This document shows positions 10,198 to 22,006 of a DNA stretch of 64,000 bases, piece after piece. The notes below the pieces were generated by a model. The model saw nothing but the letters and a program-made list of their open reading frames with translations, was not told where the DNA came from and ran no database searches. Source of the DNA: Bugula neritina (Eukaryota; Animalia; Bryozoa); assembly GCA_964035545.1 (NCBI GenBank), contig OZ037765.1, positions 28,581,504 through 28,645,503 of the forward strand, read 5' to 3'. Positions within the stretch are counted from its first letter, which is position 1, and each line of letters begins with the position of its first letter. Both the position numbers and the translations under genes were made by a program.

Positions 10198-13012
10198 ATG
10201 AATTTTAATCCACCATCAAAGTGCCAAGAAGTTGAAGAGATCAGAGATGTGGTTACATGTGCCATATGTTTGGAACTGTTTGAGAATGCCCATTTATTAG
10301 CCTGTTCTCACAGTTTTTGCATGAGTTGCTTGAGAGAATTATGTTCAGAAATGGGCTCTATTAGGACTAGATGTCCCCAGTGCCGTGCAAATTCTGTCCC
10401 TCCTCTCTCATCACTTGATCAACTTCCAGAAAATGAGTTTGCAAACAAGCTAGCTGACTTGGTTAGAGAACAGGATGACAATCTTTCTTCTGGATGTATG
10501 TAGGAGTTTTAATAGCATTATTTTCACTTATTCTCATAGCAACTCAAATACTTCTATAATAATTAAAAACACATGCATATGTTATTTACATATGATAAAG
10601 TACATTAATACCGAAGTTGAGTGTTCACAAAGCTATGCACATACATTGCTGTGCAGTCTTTTGTACCTATATTGAAATAAAATTATTCTCTCTAACTGGA
10701 GCTGACTGCTATTAAAAGCTTTCTTGTAGGTATGCCAAGTTATAATCACTTTAGCATTCAACCAATTGTTAGATTCAGTGAGGTATTGTAATAATTTATG
10801 CAATTAATATTGTTTTAGGCCTCAGTTTCACTACCAGAGACTGAGTTTTAGTAAACATAATTTGATTTTCATTTAAGAAAACCAAAACTGAAGCGTGGGC
10901 TATGTTTTATATGTAACAGTTATTTGACCTCTGAGGCAAGTGAAAAAAGTAAGAAATAATGCAAAATCAGTGTAATTCAGTAATGAGTGCCCTACAGTTA
11001 TATTTGATGGATTGTTATATAAGGTGTTGTGGGTTATTGTAGTGGATACCGAAGAGTTGTATGTTGGAGAACTTTTAGAGCCGCAGAGCAAGCCCAAGAA
11101 ATTAACAGGAAAGAAAGTTGCACTTGCAATGCTTAAAGGTGCAGCAGCCGTGGCTTCATTGGGTCTTGGCGGAATATATTTTGGCGCTCAAGCAGTGAAG
11201 AGAAGAAGACGGCGTCAGGAAATGATGGCTCAAAACCCTCTGGAAAGTTTCATCTGCAGTAATTGTCAAAAAGCTCAAATATACTGCAAAAGTGAAGTCC
11301 GTTTTAAGTGTGGGTAAGTTTTTTTTAAAAGTGCGTTTTTAAGTGTCTAAATTGATATATCTCTGCAGGTGTTAAATATATTTTTAGCATAACATACTAC
11401 GCCCAATTATTATGCCAAAGTGACATGACTTGAGGACAACTTTTCTGTCAAAAAACTTGTTGCGAAACATGAGTATTTGAAATTGTATGTTGATTCACAT
11501 GATGTTCTGTTTTATTTTGACTAAATCCTGCTGTTTGGAACACTTTGATAGCACAATTTTTCATTGGTAAAAAGCTTTTTTTTAATGATAGTAGTGTAAG
11601 AGTAGATGTTCTACATAATTTATTGTTTTTTAGGTATCATGTTTCTAATTTTCAGTATATTTTTAAACGTACATAGCCATTTAATAGCATTAGAATGTAT
11701 TCTGATAGTAAAATTTTGAATAAGTATGACACCATACCAAAAAAAGAGAAGCTTTTGTTAAGGGTTTGGTATGTTTGAAGAGCTTCAATGTAGTTTGGCT
11801 GACTAAATTTTAAAGTTAAAGAACACTAGTTATTCAAAAGCAAATGCGAATCTCTGTGATCTTTTAAACGTTCTTAAAATCTATAAGTTGTCTGCCACTT
11901 CCCAAAAATATTGTTCTGTGTTTATCAAATGATGAGTTAAAGATCGTAATTAAAAAGTCACAAAACTAAAATGATGTGCTAACTAGGTAACTATTTGCAT
12001 TGCATTGCAATTGATTTCATTTTGTTGTGAGAGATGTTGAGTAAAAGTGGATTGTTTAGTAATTATTAGAGCAATTTGCTAGAGTTAGCTATTTAATTTA
12101 AATGCTTCTCTCTCATAAGTTACCTTTTATGGAATGACAATTCCTAATATTGTAGTATGTGCGAAGACTTTGACTTGTGTGAGAACTGTGCAACAACCAA
12201 TTCGTTTCAGCATTTGCATAGGGAAGACCATCTCATACTGAAACTGAAGTTTAAGCAGAGACGACAACTCCCACCAGGATGCCTACTCAAGTATAAAAAG
12301 GTACATCCTGTAGGTTTTAATTCATGGATGTAGAGTAGGCAACTCCTTAAATTTTAAAGTATGTGATGCAGTAATGTAAAATTATAATTCTTACTGGCAG
12401 GAATTAATTTAAAAAAATTTCATCCTTTTCTGTTTCTCCAAGTTTTACACATGCCTTGCAGTCAGTTGGAGTATAGAGGAACATTTATGGCTCTACAAAG
12501 TTTATTTGATTTTATTATATTTATTTATGTTTTACTACTAGGGAAAATTAGGAATTTGTTAGATGCCAGTCTGCTTTCTATTTAAGGCACGTGACATGGG
12601 CGAGGAGATAGACTATAGTTCTGTAGTCCATAGCAGAGCTTATTACCACACTTCAGATCAAATAGAATGGAGGGAAGCAATAAGTTGTTCATTTTGTGGG
12701 CAGTCTCCCATTGTTGGTAGAAGATACAAATGTGGGTGAGTGGCAATCTAAGTGCTTATAAGTTTATCCCTTTGCTGTGATTTTATTTATATTGACCTTC
12801 TGATTTAATAAATGATTGTAGTACCAACTGTAATACTCTACTATATTCTATAAATTTTTATTTTTAGCATGTGCCAGGACTATGACTTGTGTGAAGCATG
12901 TGAGAAACACTCACACGAAATACATGACAAGACACACGTTTTTATAGTATTGAATCACAGGGTGAAAGTGAACATTATTTCAGAGCCATTGATGAAAGCT
13001 GCACTTTATTAG
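10198..13012 (+). CDS. RING-HC finger protein with a hydrophobic/polybasic segment and two ZZ zinc fingers (putative E3 ligase, ~335 aa)
   Basis: Exons 10198-10495, 11043-11313, 12156-12300, 12587-12735, 12868-13012 join in frame through GT-AG introns. RING CAICLE...CSHSFCMSC...CPQCR; ZZ1 CSNC...RFKCG|MCEDFDLCENC...HREDH; ZZ2 CSFC...RYKCG|MCQDYDLCEAC...HDKTH. Confidence 0.88.
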
Positions 13013-13225
13013 CTTTCTGTAAATATCTAGTCAGAAGCAGTAAGGATAATGATATTAATTTCTGTTTGGTCATATTATTTTTTTATTGCATGAACAGCAC
13101 TATTGTGCTACATTACGATAGTTTTAATATATTTATTTATATATATATTTAGTGTAGTAAAAATTCAATCTTAAAAATGTGTCAAACTCATCAATATTTA
13201 TGGCAAAGTATTGTCACTACATTTT

Positions 13226-16200
13226 TTACAGTGTCTGTGATATGTTATTTACTTTAAAATATATTATAAGGAAAACCGTAAGAAAATGTGTGGCTGTTTT
13301 CAAAAGAGCTGGGTGTTTGGAGTCCCAGCCAAATGTTTGTTCCATCATATATATCGACATAGCACTGTGCTCTAATGCATTGCGATTATCACTGGCCTTT
13401 AGTTCTATTTGAGACTGAATATGCCATGCTTCTGCTAGTAGTGGATGTTTACTAACATAACCAAAAAATTCTTGTAACCCCGACAGTGCATTTCCAACAT
13501 GATACTGAGCATTGGGCAGCTGATTTTGCAGCAAACTTATTTCACTGAGAACAAGAAATGTCCTCAAAGTGTCAATGTGCTTAGTGCCTTCACCATAAGC
13601 TGTCAAGAAACCTCTCAAGGCTTTCTCAGCGTGCTGTCTTGCAACAGCAATTTCACCCAATGCCAGAGAGATTTGTCCCAGTAACCTGAAAGCTGCTGCC
13701 ATATCTGGATGACTATCGAGAACTTTAAAATGAACAGTTTTCTTTAAAGATTCAATTACTTCTTCTACCAACTGTTTTGAGTTCACAAGCTGGCTTGCTC
13801 TAATATCGTTCTTGGCATGGAGTGCTTCTTGATAAATGAGTTCTGCATCAACTAAATGAATGACTGAATGTGTGAGAACATAGCCACTGTTACTGGATTG
13901 AAGGATCAGATCTTTGCACACAGCTAGCTGCTCTGCTGATTTTTCAAAATTTCCAGTAGCCAGATATATTTCTGCAAGCAACTGATGGCAAGAAAGAAGA
14001 TTATGCACAGATTTCTGCCCACATTTTTCCAAAATGTCAATAGCAGTGAAAGCGTAACTTCTAGCTTCAGAATAGTTTGCCTGTTTTAGTTCCACCACCC
14101 CTTGGTGAACATGTATAGCAGCTCTATCAACAGTGGCCACAGTCGCTCCAAAAGTCCTGTTATATAAACTGCTGGCCTTAGCAAGATGATTCTTAGCTTC
14201 ATCATACTTGGCTAACTGTAAATAATATAACCCAATACTTATTTCAAAGTCTACAATAACCAGGCTGTCCTCTTTATCATCAAACAACAGCTGTTTTATC
14301 AGGGAGTAAGACATTGTGAGATTGCCAAACGATTTTAATGTTTTGTGATACCTTCCTTGATGGTAGCGCACAGAATCTGCTATAAATCTGATTTGTGCAC
14401 AGACTGCTCGACAAAAGTCAATTTCCTGAGGCGTTAAAAACTTATGTTTTTGTGAAACAATATAATTAATTTTTAAAAATAGTTCTTCTCTGCTTGTGAC
14501 ATCAAATGCTTCTTTCATCAAGTCAGCAGCGTCATCGAAAATTCTTTTGGATACTTCATATTTGCCCAAAGTCACTAGGCATTGTCCCTTAACTGCATAC
14601 AAATAGGCTCTTTTTACAAATTTGTCTTTGGAAGATTTATCCATTTGGTCAATCAGCCAGTCAAAATAATGCACTGCTTTAGCAAATTTTCCAATTTTAA
14701 ATAGTAGGTGTGCTACAATGTAAACCATGTCTTCTGAGCTGTCTTGAAACCTATGCACAAGACAAGTTGGATTATCTGGCACTTGAGCACCAAGAATACT
14801 TTGAACATGTTTCAGACCACCTTCATAGTCACCACAAATGTAGTGAAGCCTGCAGCGCAAAACCCAATCTGCTTTGTCAATGGTTATCGATTTAAAAAGG
14901 TCACCCATGCTCCATTTAAGGTTGATTTCTTCAGTTCCATTTTCCACAAACTTCAAAATTGATTGTTTGATAGGAACTAAGCGAGTAGCCATAGCTATGT
15001 AAAGCTTTACTGGAACAAAAAATCGGTCATCCGTTTTCTCAATGATATGTTGAGGATGAAATGAGAGTTCTTCTTTTTGTGTACCATTCTGCAGGTATGC
15101 TGAGGTACGGATCCATATTGCAGACATGAGCACAAACTGCATTGCAGCTAAATTTTCTTTGCTTAACCATTTTTGATTTGAATGTAGCTGTTCAAATACT
15201 TCCCATGCAGTGTCACACTTATCCATATTTAATGCAATTCTAATATTATGGGCCATTATTGTGGGATATCGGAAAATATCTGCTTTCACTTTTAAATTTC
15301 TCATGTCTTCATTAATGTCTCCTGGACAATAATCAAAGCTCTTTATATCCAAAATCAGCCGTTTCATGCGCATTTCTTCCAGTTGATGTCGTTGTATTTC
15401 GAGCTCTTCAAAATTTGTTTCAAAATCATGCTTCTGAAATTTAAAATCTTCTAGCAGAGCAGACCCATCCTTTTCTCCATCATGTGAGTGAATCAGTACT
15501 GTACTAAACAGCAAATCTGACAACCCTGCAACTTCAGTAACATCAGTTTGATTAACTGAGCTGATATAACGATCCATTAGCTCATTTACTGTCAAGATAA
15601 GAGTGTTTTCAGAGAGGCCATTTCCTGTTGGAATATTTCCTGCTTTTGGCAGAAGTCCATCAATTTTAAATCCACTTGGACCTTTGTCTACAAACCAGAG
15701 CTTTTCTTTTGCTTCATCAGATGTTGATCTGTAATTGTCATACAGTTCTTCTATGTAGTAGTATTTGAGTGGAGTCTCACCAAGGTTTGATATTCTGAAA
15801 TATGTATCAACTGCTAGTCTCAGAAAGTATGATTTGTCACTGTTTGGCTCAATTAAGAAGGCATATTCAAGGTCAGAGTATGGTGTTGCTTCACTCCTTG
15901 CTATGGAGCCTAAAGCAATAACGGCATAGCGGCATGGTGCATTTCCAAGTAATTTCTCGCTCGTTTCACAGATGTCCTTTGCGAACTTAATCATTTCACT
16001 TGTGCAATGTTCACTTTGACATTTAACATTTTCAACAAAATTATTTGCATAAAGTTCATTCTGTTGACTGAACATGTCACCCATCTCCATCTGCTCAATC
16101 AATTTCCCACATTCCATGAATCGAACATGGCAGCTCCTTCTCATAGAGTTGAGTTTTGATTTACATCGCTCAGTGACTTTTCTTAGTTCATCTACATTTT

Positions 16201-16751
16201 TCAAAGGGTGGCTTCCATCATACCAGTCACACTCTAGGTTAAATATTTTTTCTCGTATTTCGGAAATTTCATGCTCTTGGCAACGCTGTAATGAGGAATT
16301 CCATAAGGCATGTGCCTACAAATTATATGAAAAGTGAACTATGCAGCTGTTTTTCTTATAAAAAAATTCCTAATTTATGGATTGAGATAATGTAGTTTGA
16401 GTTTGTTTAGCCATGCTACTTTTATGTTTCATTGCCCCATGAATCATAAAATCTAATCAATTCACTCCTTCCTTTTGAAACACCAGTTGTTTATCTTGAT
16501 AAAGATGCAAGTGACTAACATTAACTGGCATAAAGTATACTTAGTAGAATGTAATATACTTATAGAACACCTACCTTGAGATAGAGAATCCATCTGTTTG
16601 GAGTTTCTCTTTTTTGTTTCTTGGCCCTTAGGGTATATTCTTCAGCCAAACTGTATAGGTGTTTATATTGTTGATGAATATCTTCAGGTCCATATTTGTA
16701 GTAATCTGCTTTGAAATCCTCTATGAATTTGTCCCTTTCAAAGACAGCCAT
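13226..16751 (-). CDS. GlnD/GlnE/DUF294-like nucleotidyltransferase, helical substrate-binding domain and TPR array (~1088 aa, 2 coding exons)
   Basis: Exon 1 16575-16751 (MAVFERDK...WILYLK) splices in phase 0 to exon 2 13226-16315 (AHALWNSS...). Pol-beta-fold motif YAVIALGSIARSEATPYSDLEYAFLI; helical KADIFRYP...WIRTSAY; repeated TPR helical hairpins with HP-x-x-A motifs. Confidence 0.88.
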
Positions 16752-16859
16752 TTATTCTCTTGATTGGTATTAGTACACAGTAAGCTACTTGTTAGTACTT
16801 ACACTTACAGCGTCACCACGCATCTCCAGCCTACTCGACTCGATTGTGATAGGTAACTG

Positions 16860-16975
16860 GACTCCCATTGGCTCCCTTTGTTTTGTTGCCGTAACAAGGC
16901 ATTGTATGTTATTCAATGGACACTGATCCAACCCAATAGCGTTCATCCAATCAGATGGTTAGAGTCACGTGATAA
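16860..16975. promoter_or_regulatory. Candidate promoter of the NTase-TPR gene (possibly shared with the divergent JmjC gene)
   Basis: Locally CpG-richer stretch 110-220 bp upstream of the ATG with CCAAT/ATTGG boxes (~16867, ~16934, ~16947) and E-box GTCACGTGA (~16964). Confidence 0.45.
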
Positions 16976-17161
16976 AGTTGCACTTTAACCCAACTTGGTC
17001 TCTCTCCACGATAATTGGTTATACTACAACAACCTCGATATTATAATTAATTTCTTGTTAATCAATGTAAATAATTATATTAACTCACTATCGATGATTT
17101 AACATCTCCAATCTCAACATTATTTTTGATGCTATGTAACATGAAACTTTATAGTAGTAGC

Positions 17162-17199
17162 TACTGAAGTGAAACTATAACCTAGGTTATAGTTCAATG
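17162..17199. mobile_element. 38-bp hAT-like mini element with perfect 8-bp TSD
   Basis: GTAGTAGC|TACTGAAGTGAAACTATAACCTAGGTTATAGTTCAATG|GTAGTAGC; same family as 3904-3948. Confidence 0.65.
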
Positions 17200-19446
17200 G
17201 TAGTAGCCATGTATTATTTTGCTCAATAAAGTAAAGCTTATAGTGCTGCTCCATGGCCTAATATTTTGTTCTCTGTTACATAGATATAAAGTATTTAGAA
17301 TTTCACTAGCATGGGTATCTTTATCAGGATTAGTGTCCTAGAAAAGTCTTCTTCATTACCTCGGAAAGTTTGGAAAAATTCAGTTCATAGATACTCAACT
17401 GTGCTGGAATCCGACTAGTATAAGACCAGGATAGCTTGCGTGTCAATATAATATACTTTGAAGTGTGCTGTATTTATTATTGTATTGTAAATGACACGGT
17501 GTCTTTGGGAACACATACTACTATATCAATTACTCATCAGTGGTTTAGAAGTCTGTATATTTGCAGAAAGACATTTTGTCTATTAATCAGTTGGCTGCCA
17601 TTTTAACGGCTAAACTGTATCTGCAAGTGTTTCATTGTTGGTGGTGTTTCATATTGTTTTTCCAGCATCCTGAGTGTTTATATAATATGGTGACAAATTG
17701 AATATTAAAATTAATGCATGGCATATTTGCAACTTAACACTGTTCTTAGTGCATTGGAACTGAAATAAGTTGTATATGTAAGTATAATTCGTTCCCTATA
17801 GCAGTAGGGGTAGGAAATTTTTCTGTGCACAAATATTGTTTATTTCAACATATGTCATATATAGCAAATACTACAACAATTACTGTATGTTTCTTTTAAT
17901 ATTAAATTGATAATATTTATGGAAATAATAATATTGTGTGGTTATATTACTTATATAATAGCTGAAATGTCTATTCCGATTATTGCTACTTTGAATTTGT
18001 TTGAATTCACTGCTAACTTGTGAATGTATTCTTGCAAGACTCAATAGTTCAACTGCTCAATAAGAAAAATTTGAACTCTTGCCAACAAACTAGATGCCAA
18101 CACAATTATATTATACAGATCCTGATATGATTCACTTATAAAATATTGTGTTTATTTATCACTGTTAAAGCAACAGTGTTCATTTATATTTATAGTTTCA
18201 GGTACTAGTGTAATTTCATTGTAGGTTCTACCTATAACTACTATAGCCAGTCACAACCCCTAAGTTTAGACAATTATACATGTATTGTGTTTTATTAATT
18301 GTCTATGCGATGCACAAATGCCCACACATATATAATAAACTATTTTAAAGGCTGCTTACTGGTGGACTGATTTAAAATATTGAGACCTGTAAGACTAGAA
18401 GTCAACTAATTTGATGTCAAAATATTATTCTTATCCTACAGGAATATTATATTAATATATTATTATATTAAAGAAATTGTTAAATAATTTTGATCATGAT
18501 TTAGTTTTACTCATGACATATGCTTGCAAAAATTTTACTTGCTTGATGTACACCAGAGCCTCGATCTAACCTTTTAAGTTATTGAAAATAGGCATATGTA
18601 AAAATCATATAAATACTAAGCCATAATATTTCAAAATTCTTCTGCAAACTAATCTTTAAATTTGTTTTGTAAGATTTTTCTTCTCTTGATCAGACTTGGA
18701 AACTTTTAGCCCAAATCCACATTATGGCAATGATGAATGGTCATATAAAAGGCCTGAGCGTGCTCAAAAGGGGAGGAGCCAATGACTATAAGTATGCTTT
18801 GAGATTTTGTTACTTTGACATTTTGGCTGTACATCTCATGCTGTAACTATTGTATATAAAAGCATTTCTCTCTATTGAAGCTATTTTCTTCTGGAACTGT
18901 ATTACATCAATATAGTTTGATTAGTGAGTTAAATCTACAATACTCTTTATAGTACTGTATTTATAGTTGATTTTTCAATTTACCTATGATATAAATAATT
19001 AAAATATAAACACCATAGAAGGGTCCTACTTTATAACTAGGGCGCCGTACTCATCAGCTAATCTATTGAAAATTACTTTCCTGGTGCTGCCCTAGAACTC
19101 TAGAACAGCTGATGCTGCATAAAATTAAATCAGATACCACTAAGTATTCTTGCTAATGATTTTTATTTAGTCATTTTTATGTTTATACAAAGCTTTTTTT
19201 AAAAAAAATAATATGAAGCTATGGATTTGCTCACTAAGGATCTGTTTTTACTATTAGCTACTGAAAGTATCAGTCGAGAGAAGTGAACATTGCAATATCA
19301 TTAATTACAGAAATACAATACACAAAAAACTCAGTTGTCAATGTATAAAAAGTAACAGTATTTTAAAATGCATTTATTCCTCATTTGTTTAGTCAACTGT
19401 GTTTTGGGAAATACATTGTAGGTTGTCGTAGCACAGCACGCCTAGT

Positions 19447-21578
19447 ATGCGTCTATCAAATAAAGAAAATATTTCTTTGAAATTGAAAGATGTCTACCAA
19501 GAAGCTTTGAGAGATGGAGTTTCTCAGTCTGATTTACACCAAGTGTACAAGAAGTTGGGTGTTGGCAAACTATTGCCAGCACCTAGCAGTGTATGGAATT
19601 GTGAGAATATGATAGTCTTTTATCTGTCGGCTATAATGACATGCATATTGATTTCTATATACTATGACGGTATGGATCCCAGATGCATTGTTGGTACGAA
19701 CTCATTTACTCAAGAACTGTCACGACCTACTTTTCAGTGTGATATGTGCAAAGATATAGACCAGGTTCCTACTATAGATGGAAATCTCTTAACTAAAGAT
19801 CTTTTTCTCTCAAAGTATGCTTACACTGGTGTTCCACTGCTTGTAAAGAATGGAGCTAAGAACTGGTCAGCTTTGCACACCTTTAGTTTCGACTATTTAA
19901 AAAATCTTTACCAACTAACGGATGGGGCATTGGAAGCTGTGGATGAAAACTGCCAATTTTTTCCCTACAAAACAACTTTTTCATCTCTAACAGAAGTATT
20001 TGAAATGCCAAAAGAACAAAGTAAGTTGGAGCCTGGGCAGCCAGAGTGGTATGTTGGCTGGTAAGTTAAATGCACTACAACCCACTAACTCATTGCACTG
20101 CAGCTCACTAACTCAATGTAAGGCACTAACTCAGTGCCATGTAGCTCACTAACGAAACCCAATGCCGTTAGTCTCAATATTTATAACATGAGACTTTGGA
20201 TTCGTTTTTGTATTCCAACTTTGTGTATTTATATCAATATGTAATGCTTTCTTATGAAATACCACGCTTACAACTTGTACATGCTGTTTGAAGGAGTAAC
20301 TGCGATCCAACCGTGGCAAAGGAACTCCGCAGCCACTACACCGTCCCAACCTTTCTCCCTGATGATTCAGAATCTAGCAATTTAGACTGGTTGTTTATGG
20401 GTGGATTTGGTGGTGGAGCTAACATTCATGTATGTAGAGGTTACAGCTACTGCTGCTCATGGTCATCTTGAATTGTTCAAAGTTACTACTTTATGTAAGC
20501 TGTTTATGTTTAGTAAGCTCAGCACAGTCCTCTTTTATTTTATAGAGCAATGTGTATCCTATGGAGAATAAAATATCTACTTTATTTATAGTCTGCTCAT
20601 AAAAAACTCCACCTAATTTGTTTAAGCTCAAATTATTTAGTCGTTTTAAATGTACATTTTATCTATGAAAAAGGCTTGAGGGTTTTATGCTGAAAAAAAT
20701 GTTATTGATAAAATGTTGCTTTTAATTTCTTTAAAATAAACAAAACTTTTAAATTCTAGCATGAAAGCTGTAGCAACACAACAACCTTCAATTAATATTA
20801 ATTTTCTTAAAATTTGAACACTTCTGTGTTGAACTGATTGCAAACTCAATAGATCTTTATTACATGGTGGTTAAATGTTAATTTCTGTAAGAAACATGAA
20901 CGCGTAAAAATCAGATTTTCTACTCAGTGCAAGCTTTTACTAAATAAATTAAGATGTGTTTAGATAATGGTTAAATTAAGTTCCAGGATTTAGCTGCACG
21001 TTTATTTACTCTGGGTATTATAAAGTTGTTGATACTAACAAAATTTGTAGTGAATTTTCAGATCTATTTTGTAATTGCCTTCTAGATTGATAGTGTTCAA
21101 AGACCCTCTTGGCAAGCAATGATTGCTGGGAAAAAGTCATGGAAAATAATACCATCTCCTGAATGTGATTCTGTGTGTAAATCACTGAATGCTACCATGG
21201 AGAAAGGTGATATCAGTAAGTTAACAAAAACTAGAATGAAATTTGCAGGTAAAGTGTCAATGCAATTATAATGGAACTGTAGCTTTTATATAATGCAATA
21301 TATTTAATCTTGGATGAAGAAATACATTTTGTAGGTAGTGGAAACTTTTAATTAAAAGAAACATGCTCAGCCTTTAGGTATTTGATCAGCTTGAAATTAC
21401 AAAGCATTATTGTGTGGTAACCTTGGGTTTGTAAGCTAACATTATTATTTGAGCAATGTGCATGCAGATGATGATTTTCATTTATCTTACAGTACTGGTG
21501 GACACAAACATGTGGTATCACTCCACATACATTCATCCTGGTGAAATGAGTATTACTATTGGCTCAGAGTATGACTGA
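19447..21578 (+). CDS. Membrane-anchored JmjC/cupin 2-oxoglutarate oxygenase (JMJD8-like/cupin-8 type), copy A, 321 aa
   Basis: Exons 19447-20060, 20294-20429, 21086-21215, 21493-21578 in frame; TM segment near the N-terminus; FLSKYAYTGVPLLVKNGAKNWSA; WLFMGGFGGGANIH|IDSV (HxD) and WYHST (distal His). Confidence 0.88.
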
Positions 21579-22006
21579 CAAGATATCTGTAATCACTCCA
21601 GCTGATATTTTTTCAGTACTACCTTCATGTCAATGTTGAGTTAATTTTAAGTGCTTTCTTATAATGTTTGATACTTTAATTCCTTTTCATCAGATACTTT
21701 TGTCAGTTAGTTAATGTTTTACTCTTTAAAAAACACGCATTTTACTTGTTACATTATTTATTCAACACATTAGGTACCATTTTCAAAATAAATGATATTT
21801 TGTATTTTCATATTCATGACAAATTTTAAGTAACTGAGAAGTGTTGCAAGAAACAGACCAAAACATAAATAATACCTAAACATTTAATGAAGAACCCACA
21901 GGTTTTGCTGTGCACAAAATACCATGACTATAACACCGATACATTATCAACATTAGTTACTGTAATTGATCAGCATACATACACTTATGGAGCATCTTAG
22001 GCACTT

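Noticed and set aside
15060-15300. Active HEPN RNase domain after the NTase (MNT-HEPN toxin-antitoxin-like)
   Set aside because: The candidate motif reads IRTSAYLQ with no R-x4-6-H histidine; a GlnD/DUF294_C-type helical domain is the safer call.
10198-16751. RING-ZZ and NTase-TPR as a functionally coupled two-gene module because both appear in the duplication
   Set aside because: Only the 3' exons of RING-ZZ were copied and they are disrupted, the same passenger pattern as UBFD1 beside JmjC; adjacency alone is not evidence.
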